A stretch of DNA of 64,000 nucleotides, from assembly GCF_036321535.1 (NCBI RefSeq), contig NC_087450.1, positions 45,446,001 through 45,510,000 on the forward strand, read 5' to 3'. The stretch comes from Camelus dromedarius. Lineage: Eukaryota. The number at the start of each line of letters is the position of its first letter. Within the stretch, counting starts at the first letter, position 1. This document shows, in pieces, positions 44,346 to 56,350 of this stretch. Under the pieces are notes generated by a model. It was not told the origin of the DNA. It worked only from the letters and a program-made list of their open reading frames with translations, and searched no databases. The position numbers and the translations under genes were made by a program.

Positions 44346-46676
44346 TCAGTAACTTCTGTGCTAACCTAGTGAAAAATTATAGCAAGACATGTGTCTGAAT
44401 TCAATGTTTTTATTAATAGGGAGAATATTCACTATTCAATTAATTTCACTCATACACTGAAAGGTGAAAGCTCCCCCTGCCTGCCCCCAAATTCCTTCTT
44501 ACACCTCAAGTCTGGACAATGAAAGTAAAAACGGAATGCCGTGTAGGGAAATGCAAGGTCCTTTGTCCCTTCAAGTCCTTTTGGGAGCAGAACCATGAAG
44601 ATTATGTAGAAAAAAGATGAAATCACTTTAAGTGTTCACTTAAATCCAAACTCCTTTAGGAGAGATAAGGTATATTAAAATACTCAAAGGTCATCCAACC
44701 ATGGAAATTTCTGTGTAATCGAACAACTGAGTCATTCTGGAATAGGGCAGGGCAGGCATGCCCATCTCTGTGGAACACTCCATTCTAAGAGTGGTGGCAT
44801 TGAGAATGGATGGGCAATGCCGCAGGTGAGTCCAGCAACATTATCTATCCATACTAAGTCGGGCTCCCCAGAAAGCTGCCCTGCTGTAAAGCTGAAGCTG
44901 TGTGCTGGGTACAAGTAGCCAGAGGAAACCAAAACCATGCTTTAAGACTTAGAGAAATGTAAAGAAGTGTTCCTAATGAGTCGTGGTATAATTTGTGAGT
45001 CCTTATAAGAACTGGTAATAACTAAGTTGTGAGAGATAACCATATTCAAACTGCCCTTCAGTTACATATGATATGTTATCTGTAGAACTCCAGCTGTGTG
45101 TGAAAAGGAAAGTTAAAATGTCTAGACACGATCCTTGAGGTGTCAGTTTATTTCTGTTCTTACAATAACCCCAACTGTCAGTGTACTCCACCGGTCCACA
45201 CTGGTTCAACTCACTGGCTCAGCTTGGATTTCTGTTTGTTGACAGTTATGCAACAATGAAACATCTGGATGTCTGGTTTGACTTTAACAGCCAGCCAGTA
45301 CAGTGTTGGACTACTGACAGAATAAAAATTATGACAATTCCAGTATCAGATCAAACCACTCTATCGAATAAAGCTAATTAAGGGGTCAGTGTCCCTGTGA
45401 GAGGCTGTGGAGACTCCAGTTAATCTGAGTTAAAGGAAAAATGTTGCACACTAAGATTATATGTCAGAAATTAAATGAACCCCAAAGGGAAAAAAGTACA
45501 CACATTAGAAACCAGTGAAGCACTTGTGAGATTCTCTTGAGTTGCTGGATTAAAAGAATTCAGTCCAGCAGCCTTGGTTGGACTCAATGTCTCTGTAGGA
45601 CAGAGTGTCATCATTTTATTTGTCTGTGCTGGTGCCAATCTAGGCCCACATCAGCCCCCTTTCTTCAGCTTGCCTTGAATACAGGCCAGTTACAAGGATT
45701 CACTATTCTTAGGAATTGAGTGCATCTGTTTCTGATTGGTAAGGAAGTACTGAGGCAATGGAACATGTTTCGGGACCCTTGGGCAGTCCTGCCTAGCAGT
45801 CCTGAACCTTGGTCCTTTGCCAGGCAGGGTTTTTTTCCTGGGAAAAATAGTCATGGCTGACTGCCACGAGAAGAGCAGGGTTCTGCCCAACTTGGCAATG
45901 TGGTTATGTCCTAACAAGGAAAGGGAACAAAAATGTGAGATGCTATAGTCCTCATGACTTTGCTTTGTGTCAAGATTTTTCTATACTTGCTACTTTATAA
46001 TCTTACTGAAGTAGCATCTCAGGGCAGTTTCTGAGAAGGAAAGTGGTGGCTGGCCCTCATCCCTGCTGGACATCTCTCAGGGGTTTATGGTGGAAGCAGA
46101 AATCAGCCCCTGGAGTTGGAGTGGGCACTGCTTGTATTTTGAAATAGTCAAGGAAACTTGAGTTGAGAACTGAAAACCTATGCAGTTAGCTGACTTATTA
46201 CAGTCCCAAGTTAAAAATTAAAAGGGACTGGTGATAAACCCTTGACTCGTATGTCTCTTGGAATTCTAAATCTTTCACTCACTGCCTATAAAATAAACCA
46301 ATTAATAAATTAAGGTCCTGGCAAAGAAGGAGACACTCCCTGATCACCAGCCAAGAATTCCCCTAGGAAACTCTCCCCTGCTTTTCAAAGCGTAAAATAC
46401 TCAGGCTACCAAGGCAAACCTTGGGACAGGAATCACTAGGACAAGTGAGACAACACGTGAGCAAGAGGAGTGTGTCCAGAGCCCTCAATAGGCCAAACTT
46501 TAGAATGATGGATGTGGGCTTTCCTTGCCAGAGGCTCAACTACAGCCAGTGGCTATGACCTCCAGAAGTGCAGAGGGCAAAGAACATGCAGGTGCCCAAA
46601 TTTTGTTGTTCCGCCCACAACTATGAGAATTCCTGTATGAAGATGCACAGAGGAAAGCTAGAAATCAAATGTGTCC

Positions 46677-46682
46677 TTTATT
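46677..46682 (-). terminator. TMEM214 poly(A) signal AATAAA
   Basis: About 770 nt past the stop codon. Confidence 0.75.
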
Positions 46683-47451
46683 CCACCAAGTAGACATACC
46701 CATGAGCCACATGCTGCATCCTGTCTCAACAGGCTGTTGCAAGGTTCCCTGGGCCCAAGGCACATGACTACCTGGGCTCTGCTCTCCATAAAGACAGTGG
46801 TGGTGGGCAGCGGAGAGAGGCTGAATACTGAGACAGAGACTCTCGGCACTGAAGGGGAATGGAGAGTGAGGAAGTGGAAGGGATACGATGGAAGAGGCAT
46901 TGAAGGGCCTTGAAGGACCTAAGATGAGCATTTTCCACCCAGGCCTCCATGTCCACTGACAGCCACACCCAGGCTGTGGGCAGAAGTGAAGCTCCTACTG
47001 CCCACTGTGGTGCTGTATTCTTCTGGAGGTCCCTTTCTTTTTCCTGCTGTGGCTAAGGTCTGGGAGTAGGACTCATTTGTCAGAAGAAAGCAGAAGCCAC
47101 TTGCTGGAGTCTCACATTTTTGGAAACAAGCTGTTTGAGGCTTCAGGAATAAGAGAGAGGGAAGTGGAGAGCAGGAGACAAGAGAGGAGACGAGAGAGGC
47201 CACCAGCCCAAGGTCAGAGGCTGGGAGCTATGTGCAATCGGGCAGAGAAGTGGTCAGCGGAATCATGGGTAGGAGGCTGAGCTACTTCTGGGCTCAGTTG
47301 CCACCAAAGATGGAAGAACTGAGGCAGAGGCAGCCAGCCACTTGCCTAGGAGAGAGAACTTAGGCACCAAGTAACAAAGACTACCATGCAGAACTGCCAC
47401 CTGCTATCCCGCAGCAGTCTCAGATGGTCTGTTCTAAACGGGGAGCAGGGC

Positions 47452-47578
47452 CTACTGCTGGGANNNNNNNNNNNNNNNNNNNNNNNNNNNNNNNNNNNNN
47501 NNNNNNNNNNNNNNNNNNNNNNNNNNNNNNNNNNNNNNNNNNNNNNNNNNNNNNNNNNNNNNNNNNNNNNNNNNNNNN
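47452..47578 (-). CDS. TMEM214: TMEM214 exon 17 coding part (mostly in an N gap; start inferred)
   Basis: Only TCC CAG CAG TAG is visible, at 47452-47463. Confidence 0.7.
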
Positions 47579-50500
47579 NNNNNNNNNNNNNNNNNCATGT
47601 GTCGGGGTTGGGAAGTGGTGATACGTATTCACCTGTGTTAAGTGACAGGGCTGCAGTGCAGACCCACAACCCGCTCCCAGAGTGGCCAGGGGATGAGCAG
47701 GGGGCAGGACAGAGCAAGAGACTGAACAGAGAAGGCTTGTCCCTGGAGAAGGGCATGGGGCCACAGGGCTGGAGCCCTGGGTGGGGATCTCACCTGCATG
47801 CCTTGTGGCAGTGCTCCTGCACCCGGGACAAGGCCTCAAGCAGCATGTGCCACATGGGCAGCAGGACATTCTGGTAAAGAAACAGGAGCAGCTCCCTCAG
47901 AGAATGGAGCAGCTGGTTCAGGGCATCGGGGAACTGGATCTGTAGCTGGACCGTGGAGAACAGATGGGGTTAGAGGGCCCGGGGAATGCAGTCCATGTGG
48001 GGCTGCACCTTCCCAAGAACTCAACCCCTGGCGAAAACAGCCCTTCTTTGATCTGTCTCTGGCTTACCCTCTGGGAGAGGCTGGTGAGGCTGTCACCAAA
48101 CCAGGCAAGGTGGGAGGCACAGTGGGCAGAAAGGAAGCTGACTGTGGCATTGGTGTGGGTCCAGGCCAGCTGTAAGCTGGGCCTCACCATGGTCAGCAGA
48201 TGGGAGCCCCAGGCTGGCAATGTCTCCTCTAGCCAGCTGTAGGAGAAGACAGAAGAAAGGAGGTCTCTTGAGTTTCCCCATGTAGCTTGGCTCCCTAAGA
48301 ATAGCTGGGGCAAGGGAGGCTTTGGGAAAGAAAACCACAATCACTTCCCACTGATTGTCAATGCTGTCACCAGAGGAATATGCAAGCCTTCTCTCCCACC
48401 TGCCCCTTCCCTCCCTGGGAGGTGCTCACCTGTAGCCTTGCAGGCTGTAGGAGTAGATCCTCATACACGCTTGTTGGCCAGCAGGCAAAAAACCAGATGA
48501 GTGAAGCAACCGGCCAGAAAGGGAGGCTGAACAAAGGGAGTCTCAGATGAGCTGGGAGGTGAGGGGAACAGGGACTGGGGAGACAGACACTACAGGCACC
48601 AGAGCAGGCCAAGTAAGGGATAGGGCAGAACTTAGTGTGCTTACGGGGCCGCAGACCTGGCTCCAGTCTGCTCGGGAGCATGCCTGGAAAGAGGGATGCA
48701 AGCCAGGGGAGCAGGAAGGGTGCAGCCAGGTGGAGCCCTGGACTGAGGTGTCAGGAAGCTTTGGGTATGAGGGTCAGCCATTCTACTCACCAGGTGTGAT
48801 CTTATGCTAACTGGTAAATCTTTCTGAGTCTCAATTTCCTCAGAGGTTAAAAAGGAGATAAAATCTACTCAAATGGGACTGTGAATATGCAAGCATTTCT
48901 ATACTGCAAAGCACTAGTCAGACCTGAACTGGTAATGTCATAGTTGTGGACAGAAAAACCTGTCTGAAAAGTGTTTGTCTCGTGGCGTATGCTGGGACTG
49001 GGGAGTGCTACACCCAGCTCTGTGTCCCCACAGAGGCCCCATGGAGAGCCCTGTGGTGTCTCCCTCGCCTGCCAATCCCTGCTCACCTTGGAAAGAGCCG
49101 TGTGACCGGAAGTCGTGGCACAGGAAACCTATGGCAAAGACCAGCACCAACAGGAGTAGCCGTGTCCAGGGCAGCCGGAAGCCCCGCGCCTGCTGCAACA
49201 GCCTCTAGAAGGAGAAAGGGTAGGGAGCAGCGGTCAGAAGGGAGAGGGGCTGGTCCCTGCCTCCTAAGGCAGGCCTCAGGCTAGGCCTTCCAGGAAAAGG
49301 ATCAGGCCCTCACATTGCCCCAGAGGTAGTAGGAGCTCCAGGGACAAGCAGGGCAGGAATGTGATACCGGCCCAGCCTAGGGTGTGCCGAGACAGATGCA
49401 GAACGGTGTGTTAGGGAGGGCTGCGCACTGGCACCTTGCAGGCCACGTCACAGGTGGTGACCTCCTGGTTGCTGCAGCTGCCCTTCCTTAGCAGCTCCTG
49501 GTTGGTAAGCTTGAAGGACTGAATGGTTTCTTGCAAAGACTTCTGCGTCTATAGGACAAGAAAAGTCTGGGCTGAGAACATAAGATTTGGCCCGGGAGGA
49601 AACCCTGAGATTCCAGTCTGCTTCCTTTCCATGCCAGATGCGCTAACAGAGCACCTTCTCAGAAAGGGGGGCCAGTGGCTGAGGGGTACGAACCCAGAAC
49701 CCAGATGAGGCTCAGCCTGCCATGTCCTCACCTTCTTGGGAATCTGCTCCCAGGACCTGAGCAAGTGCTCCAGCAGCAGACTGTGGGAAAAGCACAACCC
49801 TTTCCAATCAGGGGGCCCGCTTGGCCCCTCCCACCCTCCTGCCCTCCACGAGGCCCCCCACTCCTTCAGGCTGAAAGACTCCACATCCCACCCACAGAGG
49901 AGCTGCTCCCTAGAGGCCTCCCAGCAACGTTCCCACTAAACTTGAGAGGCATGAGCCTGAACAACAGTGACAAATGTTCCTCTTCTCCTCTAGGACAGGG
50001 ACACACCAGGAAGCATGAATTAAGGCCTCTCTGTGTGGCTAAGAGGCAGGTGACCCCCCTCACTGCCACCTGCCTGGACTGTGACAGATGTTTGGGGTAC
50101 AGCTGCCTCCAGACGCTGGTGCTGAGTGGGTCCACCGTCAGGCACTCAGTCAGGCTGCTCAGGAGCTGCACAGGGGACAGGAGAAGGGAGAGACTGCTGG
50201 GCATGGAGCTGGTGGCAGGGAGAGTACTGGGAGGCAATCCCCCTCTTCTAAGTGAGGCCACCCTGGTAACAAGTCCACCCTAAGGGATGGAGAAATTGTG
50301 CCCAGGCCCCAGAAACCTCCAAGAGGCTATAAAGGGGGAGGCTGGGGCTCCTGAGCTCAAAGTTCACTTGTCTGCAAGGGGCAGGACATCAGAGACTGGT
50401 CAGACCTGAATGTGCTGTTTCAACTCCATCTAACTCTGAGGGCAGAGAATGAGGTAGCAGGGCAGGCAGCTGTCAGGAGTGAGCTAAGGGGATGCCCTGG

Positions 50501-53500
50501 AAGTGGGCTCCCTGAAGCAGGGCCTTTGTCAGCATACAGGGACTGATGCAGCAGACTCCTGGGAAGGAAAAAGGAGCTCCCACCATTTCCTCACCTCTTT
50601 TTTCATCTCTGGAGGGCAGCTGGGAGTGGCTCTGGACAGGAAGGAGGGGAAGTAGGTATGCAGGGTGGATTCTGGCTTTGCTCCAAATGCCAGCACCTTG
50701 AGCCGTGGGTAGAGCTGACACAGCTGCTCCTGCAGGCTGTAGGGGGTTGAGAGCAGAGTCAGGCACAGACTCTGAATGGACCTGTGCCCTGTGTCCCTTC
50801 TGCCTGCCTCAGAGTCTGTACCCTGCCTGACGGGTGGGGAGTCACTAAAGACCTTGCAATAGTTCTGAATCTTTCTAGACCCACAGACTCCTTGGAAAAT
50901 TTGCTTCGAGTCATGGGTTCTCTCCCCAGGAAAAAGCCCATATGCCAATCACACTTAAGGGCCATATAATTGCAGGGGTTCCCTGGCCCCTTGAACTTGC
51001 AGGCTGATAATCTCAGACCTAGGGTGGCTGGAGGAGAAGGGATAGGGCCATACTGTCTCCTACTAACCCTCTGCTGGGATCCTTCACAGCAGGTTGTGCC
51101 CCAGGGCAGTCCTACCTGGGAGTCAGGGAGTTGTTGGGCATATAGGCAAAGTCCAGAAGTGGGAAGAAGTCCTTGGGGCCAATCATGCCAAAGCCCTTGG
51201 TGAGGTTGGGGTGCATCCTATGGAGGAAGAAAGAAACAGGCTTACTAGTGACCACCTACTCAGACCACGGTCCCAGCTGAGAACATCATCTAGGAAAAAG
51301 GACATAAACTCTACCCCATTCCCCACCCCTTAAGGGCTCTCTCTCTTTCCTTCTTGACCATTCACATCCTGAGTTGGAAGGAGCTGGTCTTGATTTTCCT
51401 CCTATCTAAGGAAACCAGGATCACAGCATCCCATTTTGCTGAAATAGCCACCTGCCAACACCCTGGGCCTTCCCCTTGCTGATCCGCACTTCTCCCTGCC
51501 CCTGGCACTGCCATCACTCACAGGAGCAGCCGATCTAGGTAGGCAATGGCGAAAGGAGACAGAGACTTGATGCCCAGCACAGGCAGCATGATCCCCAGCC
51601 ACACTGCAAAGGTCAGGGAGGAAGCCTCAGGATTGAACCCACTGGGGACATTAAAGAGGAACTTTCTGGTTCCCAAACCATCCTTCTTTCTTCCCCACTT
51701 CCTCATTACCTTTCAGTCCCTCGGTGAGGTTCGCAAAACCTGCTTGACCCAGGGCCCACATGATGGTCAGACACTTCGCTGGTCGGCTCTGGTGGGACCT
51801 CAGCAGTTCCAGGAACTGAGGAGACCGGTGAGGGAGGCAGGGTGGGAAAGGGCAAAGCACTAGGAGCACCCCGAAAGCCAGGGAGGAAGAGAGATGCCAG
51901 CTTGGAGAGGAGGGATAGGCAGGACAGTGGAGCAGTACGGGAGTGTGGTGGAGTGACTCAGAGCACAGGCTCTGGCACCGCTGTGGCCTTCACCCATATT
52001 TTCCACTTACTAGTTGACCAACTCTAGGAAAGTTACTGAACCCCTCTGTGGCTCAATCTTCTCATCTATAAAACGGGAATAACAGCAGTACCTGCCTCAC
52101 ATATATACAAAGTAGATACAATAAGCGCTAACGGTGTTAGCTGTTATTACTGGTCTCAGAAGGTCTCCCACTATCCCTTAATTGAGTCTAACAGTGTAGA
52201 TTCTTCCCAGTTCCTCAGTCCCAGCCTCCTAATGTCCCCACAACAACCCTGAGCTCACCTTGCCCAGGTTCGTGGTGGCAATCTTGGGTTTGTCTTGCAG
52301 AATGGCCTGGATACAGATGCGGTAACCATGTAGTGACTCCCCTAGAGAGATGTATGTTCTCAGACCTACATCCCAAACTGTAGTCTCCCTTTTGGCAGCT
52401 GAGAGCCCAGAACTCAGGCCCAGGAAGTCCTAACTCTCCTCCCTTTCCCAGAGTATTGGAATTAGCATGTTTCTCTACTGGAAACAGAACCATCTAGCCA
52501 CTCTGGAAGCAGGAAAAAGGGAGTAGGCTCCCAAGACGGGGCTGGGCTATTCCTCACAGGCCCCTCTCACCTGGTGTCTTATCCAGTTCCTGTAGCATGG
52601 TGAACAGACAGTGGTCAAAAAAGAGCTCCAGGCACCCTGCTGCCTTCGCCAGTAGCCCTCGGATGATCCCACGCAGCTCCCGGCTCACCAAGCTGTAGGG
52701 ATAATCTGGGGCCGACAGGCCTCCCGTGAGTGCCACGACCTGGAGCCTCTGCCAGCTCTGAGAGCTCTGGTTTGCTCCCTGAGAACTGTAGGTGGAGGCA
52801 CAGGTCACTGCACTGTGGCTGGCATCCTCCTTATTTCAATGAGGCCCAGAAACTTTCAAGCCATGATGATTTGACAATAGGCAAATCACCCATGTAAATC
52901 AAAGCAGTAGGGGACACTGGACTCAGTCACTAAGTGAAGTGCTTACATACAGCCCTTTCACAATTTTCTTGAACTTGTCTGAGCTTGAGGGAGTTGGGAG
53001 AACTGACCGTGAGTATGCTGGCTTAGTGTGGGTTCACTTGGAGGTACTTGGAGCTTGTAGTTGAGATAGCTGGCCAGGTCCTTCAGCCACACGGATGGGT
53101 TCCCAGAGAACACGCTCTGGCTCTTGTCCAGTTCCCTCTGCAGAGCTGCCATGTCCAGCTGCCAGGAACACAGGCCCCTCATGGTGAGTTGTGGGTGTAG
53201 GGTAATGGGGCAGAAGCGGGAAAATGGCTGAACTAGGAAGAACAAATGACTTCTACTTTTAAATGTAAGTATGTAGAATGCCAGATTTTAGAGACTAGGA
53301 CAGGTGTACCTGCTGATCTCAAGGCCTAATATTGATGGACTCTTCACATGTTCAAGGGGAAAAATAGGAGGTAAGGTGGAAAATGAAAGATCACTCCTTC
53401 CGTGGTAGGAGGAACCACAAGGGTATCTTTAAACCCTCTCTGGTATCCCTGGATTTTCAAGGCTCTCCTCTCACTAATCTGTTTCTCTATGAATTTATTT

Positions 53501-54967
53501 CTTTTCTATCCAGAGTGCAAACACTGTATCCCTTGGGGTTTCCATCCTCTCCTGAATGCCTCCTCTCAACCAGCAGTGTCCCACATTCCACAGGCCCGTC
53601 CCCCTCCCGCTCCTTTCCCTTTCTCTACACCTCATGTCAACATTCTTTCCCTGCCTAAAGTCTAGGGCACACTCACAGCTTTCAGTGCCTCCTCCAGGCT
53701 GCGAAAGCGGCCTTGCTTCTGGTTCTGGTTGGCGAGGGTCGCTACCTTCTTAGTCTGTTTCTTGTTTCCCGGTTTTTTAGGCTCCACAGCAGGGGGTGGA
53801 ACCTGCTCCTTATTCTGCCGCTTCATGATTTTCTCAAAGCCCCGCTCGTACAGAGTGCTTGTCGTCTGGATTGGAGCTGGGGTGATGACAGGCAGAGAAA
53901 GGGGGCCTGCCTTGAGTCAGGAGGGCCTCAGAGGAGCAGTGGTCCCTTCCCCTGAGGAGCCTGCCTCAAAGCCCCTTCTTGCTGTTCTGCTTAAGAAGTC
54001 GGGCAGGGAGCCCTCCTAGTTGATTCTTTCAATCATCACAGCTCTTGAGTTCATGGGCTTTCACAGAGATGAGGCATTTCTTCATTAGGAAATCAGAGTA
54101 TGTGAGAACCGGAGGAGTTGGGCACAGAGGGCTGGCTACTTTCTTGAATGGCTACCAGTCTGGGAGGTCAGGATTTTCCCGTCTTGGTTCTATCTCAATT
54201 CCTCTTGGTTCAGATGTGACAACTCTATAATCAACAAGTGGCAAGATTTCTCCACTCTTTCAGGATGCTTCGAGGAAAAAGGCACCACTTAGAATATTAC
54301 TTGGTGAATGTGGAGAGTGTGTGGTGGGTCATTTCTCTCACTGCAGGGCCTAGTGTGTCCCAGTCCTCATCCCCATCCCCGACCTGCTGGTTACTTATGG
54401 AGAGGACACCATGTAGGATGCACTAGGATGTCTCTCCCTAGCTTTCGGACATCTGCAAGGAGAGGCCAGGCTAGGGCCCGGGAACAGCTGGTAGGGCGTG
54501 TGTACAGTCAGCGGAGCGTCCGAAGACCAGAATCCCGGATCCCTCTGATATATGGTCCTGGGAAAGGCATCTAACTTCGGGGAGCCTCAGTTTACTCATC
54601 TGCGAGGTAAGGACAGCGACCTCCCTTGCGGCGTCTACCTCTTGAGAGGCTCAAGAGAGACAACGCCGGCGTAGTGCCGGCTCAACTGGGAGGTACCAAA
54701 CGGCTGAAGAGCTCGCGCCTCGAGAAGCCCAGGGGTATTGTGACCCTCTGGGCTCCGGTGGCTGCTCGCTACAACCTGGGGGTGCAGGCCCGGGGCCGGC
54801 GGCGGGCCCGGTGGGTACTCACGGGTCAAGTCGTACTTCCACACTCCATTCGCCTCCCCGAGCGCCCGGCGGTCCCCTCCGCCGCCTTTACCACTGCCGC
54901 CGGCCCCAGGCCGCCGCCCCTTCTTCACTACCTCCCAGCGCCCCCCACCCGCCGTCCTGGCCGCCAT
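47452..54967 (-). CDS. TMEM214: Transmembrane protein 214 (17 exons)
   Basis: Exons in phase from MAARTAGGGRWEVVKKGRR to ...SQQ*; about 687 aa if the exon 17 coding part is 127 nt. Intron 10 must be GC-AG. Confidence 0.96.
47464..47595. other. N gap (132 nt) covering most of the TMEM214 exon 17 coding part
   Basis: Run of N. Confidence 1.
47794..47945 (-). CDS. TMEM214: TMEM214 exon 16
   Basis: LQIQFPDALNQLLHSLRELLLFLYQNVLLPMWHMLLEALSRVQEHCHKAC. Confidence 0.93.
48068..48236 (-). CDS. TMEM214: TMEM214 exon 15
   Basis: WLEETLPAWGSHLLTMVRPSLQLAW...SLSQR. Confidence 0.93.
48430..48526 (-). CDS. TMEM214: TMEM214 exon 14
   Basis: SLSGRLLHSSGFLPAGQQACMRIYSYSLQGY. Confidence 0.92.
49087..49204 (-). 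CDS. TMEM214: TMEM214 exon 13 (hydrophobic segment)
   Basis: RLLQQARGFRLPWTRLLLLVLVFAIGFLCHDFRSHGSFQ. Confidence 0.93.
49435..49548 (-). CDS. TMEM214: TMEM214 exon 12
   Basis: TQKSLQETIQSFKLTNQELLRKGSCSNQEVTTCDVACK. Confidence 0.92.
49732..49780 (-). CDS. TMEM214: TMEM214 exon 11
   Basis: LLLEHLLRSWEQIPKK. Confidence 0.92.
50074..50165 (-). CDS. TMEM214: TMEM214 exon 10 (GC donor)
   Basis: LLSSLTECLTVDPLSTSVWRQLYPKHLSQS; AG|gcaggt. Confidence 0.9.
50595..50736 (-). CDS. TMEM214: TMEM214 exon 9
   Basis: LQEQLCQLYPRLKVLAFGAKPESTLHTYFPSFLSRATPSCPPEMKKE. Confidence 0.94.
51116..51217 (-). CDS. TMEM214: TMEM214 exon 8
   Basis: MHPNLTKGFGMIGPKDFFPLLDFAYMPNNSLTP. Confidence 0.94.
51522..51603 (-). 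CDS. TMEM214: TMEM214 exon 7
   Basis: WLGIMLPVLGIKSLSPFAIAYLDRLL. Confidence 0.94.
51710..51815 (-). CDS. TMEM214: TMEM214 exon 6
   Basis: FLELLRSHQSRPAKCLTIMWALGQAGFANLTEGLK. Confidence 0.94.
51965..52150 (+). mobile_element. MIR
   Basis: aaagttactgaacccctctgtggctcaatcttctcatctataaaacgggaataacagcagtacctgcctcac. Confidence 0.7.
52259..52341 (-). CDS. TMEM214: TMEM214 exon 5
   Basis: ESLHGYRICIQAILQDKPKIATTNLGK. Confidence 0.94.
52571..52705 (-). CDS. TMEM214: TMEM214 exon 4
   Basis: YPYSLVSRELRGIIRGLL...ELDKTP. Confidence 0.94.
53008..53158 (-). CDS. TMEM214: TMEM214 exon 3
   Basis: LDMAALQRELDKSQSVFSGNPSVWLKDLASYLNYKLQ. Confidence 0.94.
53677..53876 (-). CDS. TMEM214: TMEM214 exon 2
   Basis: PIQTTSTLYERGFEKIMKRQNKEQ...LEEALKA. 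Confidence 0.94.
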
Positions 54968-55170
54968 GGCTCCGACCCTCCCGCCACGGCCACCACCCTG
55001 GGCTTTCCCATCCGGTTCGGACGCGCCACGCTCTGCCACGTCTCCTCGCAGGGCCTCGCGGCGCGTGACGCCGCCCGCAAGGCAGCCTGGGACTTGTAGT
55101 CTTTCCGTGTTTGCAGGGTTCTGCCTAGCAAGGGGTCTGATAGGTGTTCGGGCTCCTTCGCAGCCAAAAA
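54620..55170 (-). promoter_or_regulatory. TMEM214 CpG island promoter with a ZNF143/THAP11-type motif
   Basis: Minus-strand GACTACAAGTCCCAG at 55087-55101 matches ACTACAnnTCCCAG. Confidence 0.75.
54823..54967 (-). CDS. TMEM214: TMEM214 exon 1
   Basis: gccATGG; ...GEANGVWKYDLT; C|gtgagt. Confidence 0.93.
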
Positions 55171-55496
55171 CAGCCTGGCAAAGATGTTGAAATGAGAGGC
55201 TATTATGTTCAGAAAACTTTTATTGAGCACCTACTGTGTGAAGACATTGGGTGACTTGGTGGAAATTTAACTGTTTCTGTTTTTCTTTCAGTTCTAGTTG
55301 TGCAAGAAGGATGGAATGAAAATAGTTCTCCTTACCTCCCAGGAGAGTCTGAAGAGTAAATGCGTCCTTCCTTCTAGGAAAGTGCTAGTGTTTCTGTTGC
55401 TAGGAATTAACTTTGGGTATAATGGGCTATAAAAATCTATTGTGAAGGGTCAAGGAAGAGGATGGAGCTTGTGGGAATATGCAATGAGTGGAGGGC

Positions 55497-55538
55497 AGGA
55501 AGCTAGGAGTGGAGAGTAGGAAGCTAGGAGTGGAGAGT
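55497..55538. repeat. 21-bp perfect tandem duplication
   Basis: AGGAAGCTAGGAGTGGAGAGT x2. Confidence 0.92.
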
Positions 55539-55929
55539 TCTTCTGATAGGAGGCAGAGAAAAGTCTGGGGGCCTGGGACAGCCAGGGCTGGGTTTCCCCT
55601 TCCAGGCAAGGTGAAAGAAGGGCTCTGACTGCCACCACAAGAGACAGTCCCAAGTCCCAGCTGTGACAGGGAATGATCAAGAGCCCCAGACCTGAGGAAC
55701 CACTCAAACAGGTTACTGCTTACACATTCACTTCTCTGGAGGGCCTTCCACCAAGCTTGTAGTATCATGTGAGTCCTCAAAACTTGAAGCATCCCAGCAG
55801 GAGAGGATGAGGGAAGGTGAACTGGAAGTGATTTATCACAATTAAGGAAATGTGCTATTTCATGTACACGCCTACATTTGAATATGAGATTCATACCTGC
55901 CATACTGGGGACAAGACAGGGAAGTCCTT

Positions 55930-56350
55930 ATAGTAAGAAATAAGAGTCCAATTTCCCCAGGATGAATAGCTTAGAGAGTAATGAATTCCTTAGGAAGGAG
56001 ATTAGAGAAGGCTTCCTGAAGGAGATGGCATCTGAGATGGGTCTTGAGGAATTTTCATTGGTTGGGGATCAGGACAAGTGGAGAGAACAAACCAGTTGTA
56101 TGGATTTATTGGTTTAAGATAAGGCCTAGAGATGGGACCCAGCAGGGCAAGGCTGGGAGAGTGGAAGTAGTTCAATGTGACAGTGCTTAATGGACTTTGG
56201 AGGTGATGAGGTTGGAAAGGGATCTGAGCCCCATATGCCTTGCTTGCCAATTTCAAACTTTATCCTCTAGATCCTGGGAAGCCAGTAGGAAATTGGCATG
56301 ATCCACTTTTGGAAAGGTAAATGGGGATATATGAAGGATGAGTTGGGGTG
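55930..56350 (-). mobile_element. L2 fragment
   Basis: agagaaggcttcctgaaggagatggcatctgagatgggtcttga. Confidence 0.55.

Noticed and set aside
49675-50283. 202-aa plus-strand ORF
   Set aside because: GTG start; antisense to TMEM214 exons 10-11; no independent support.
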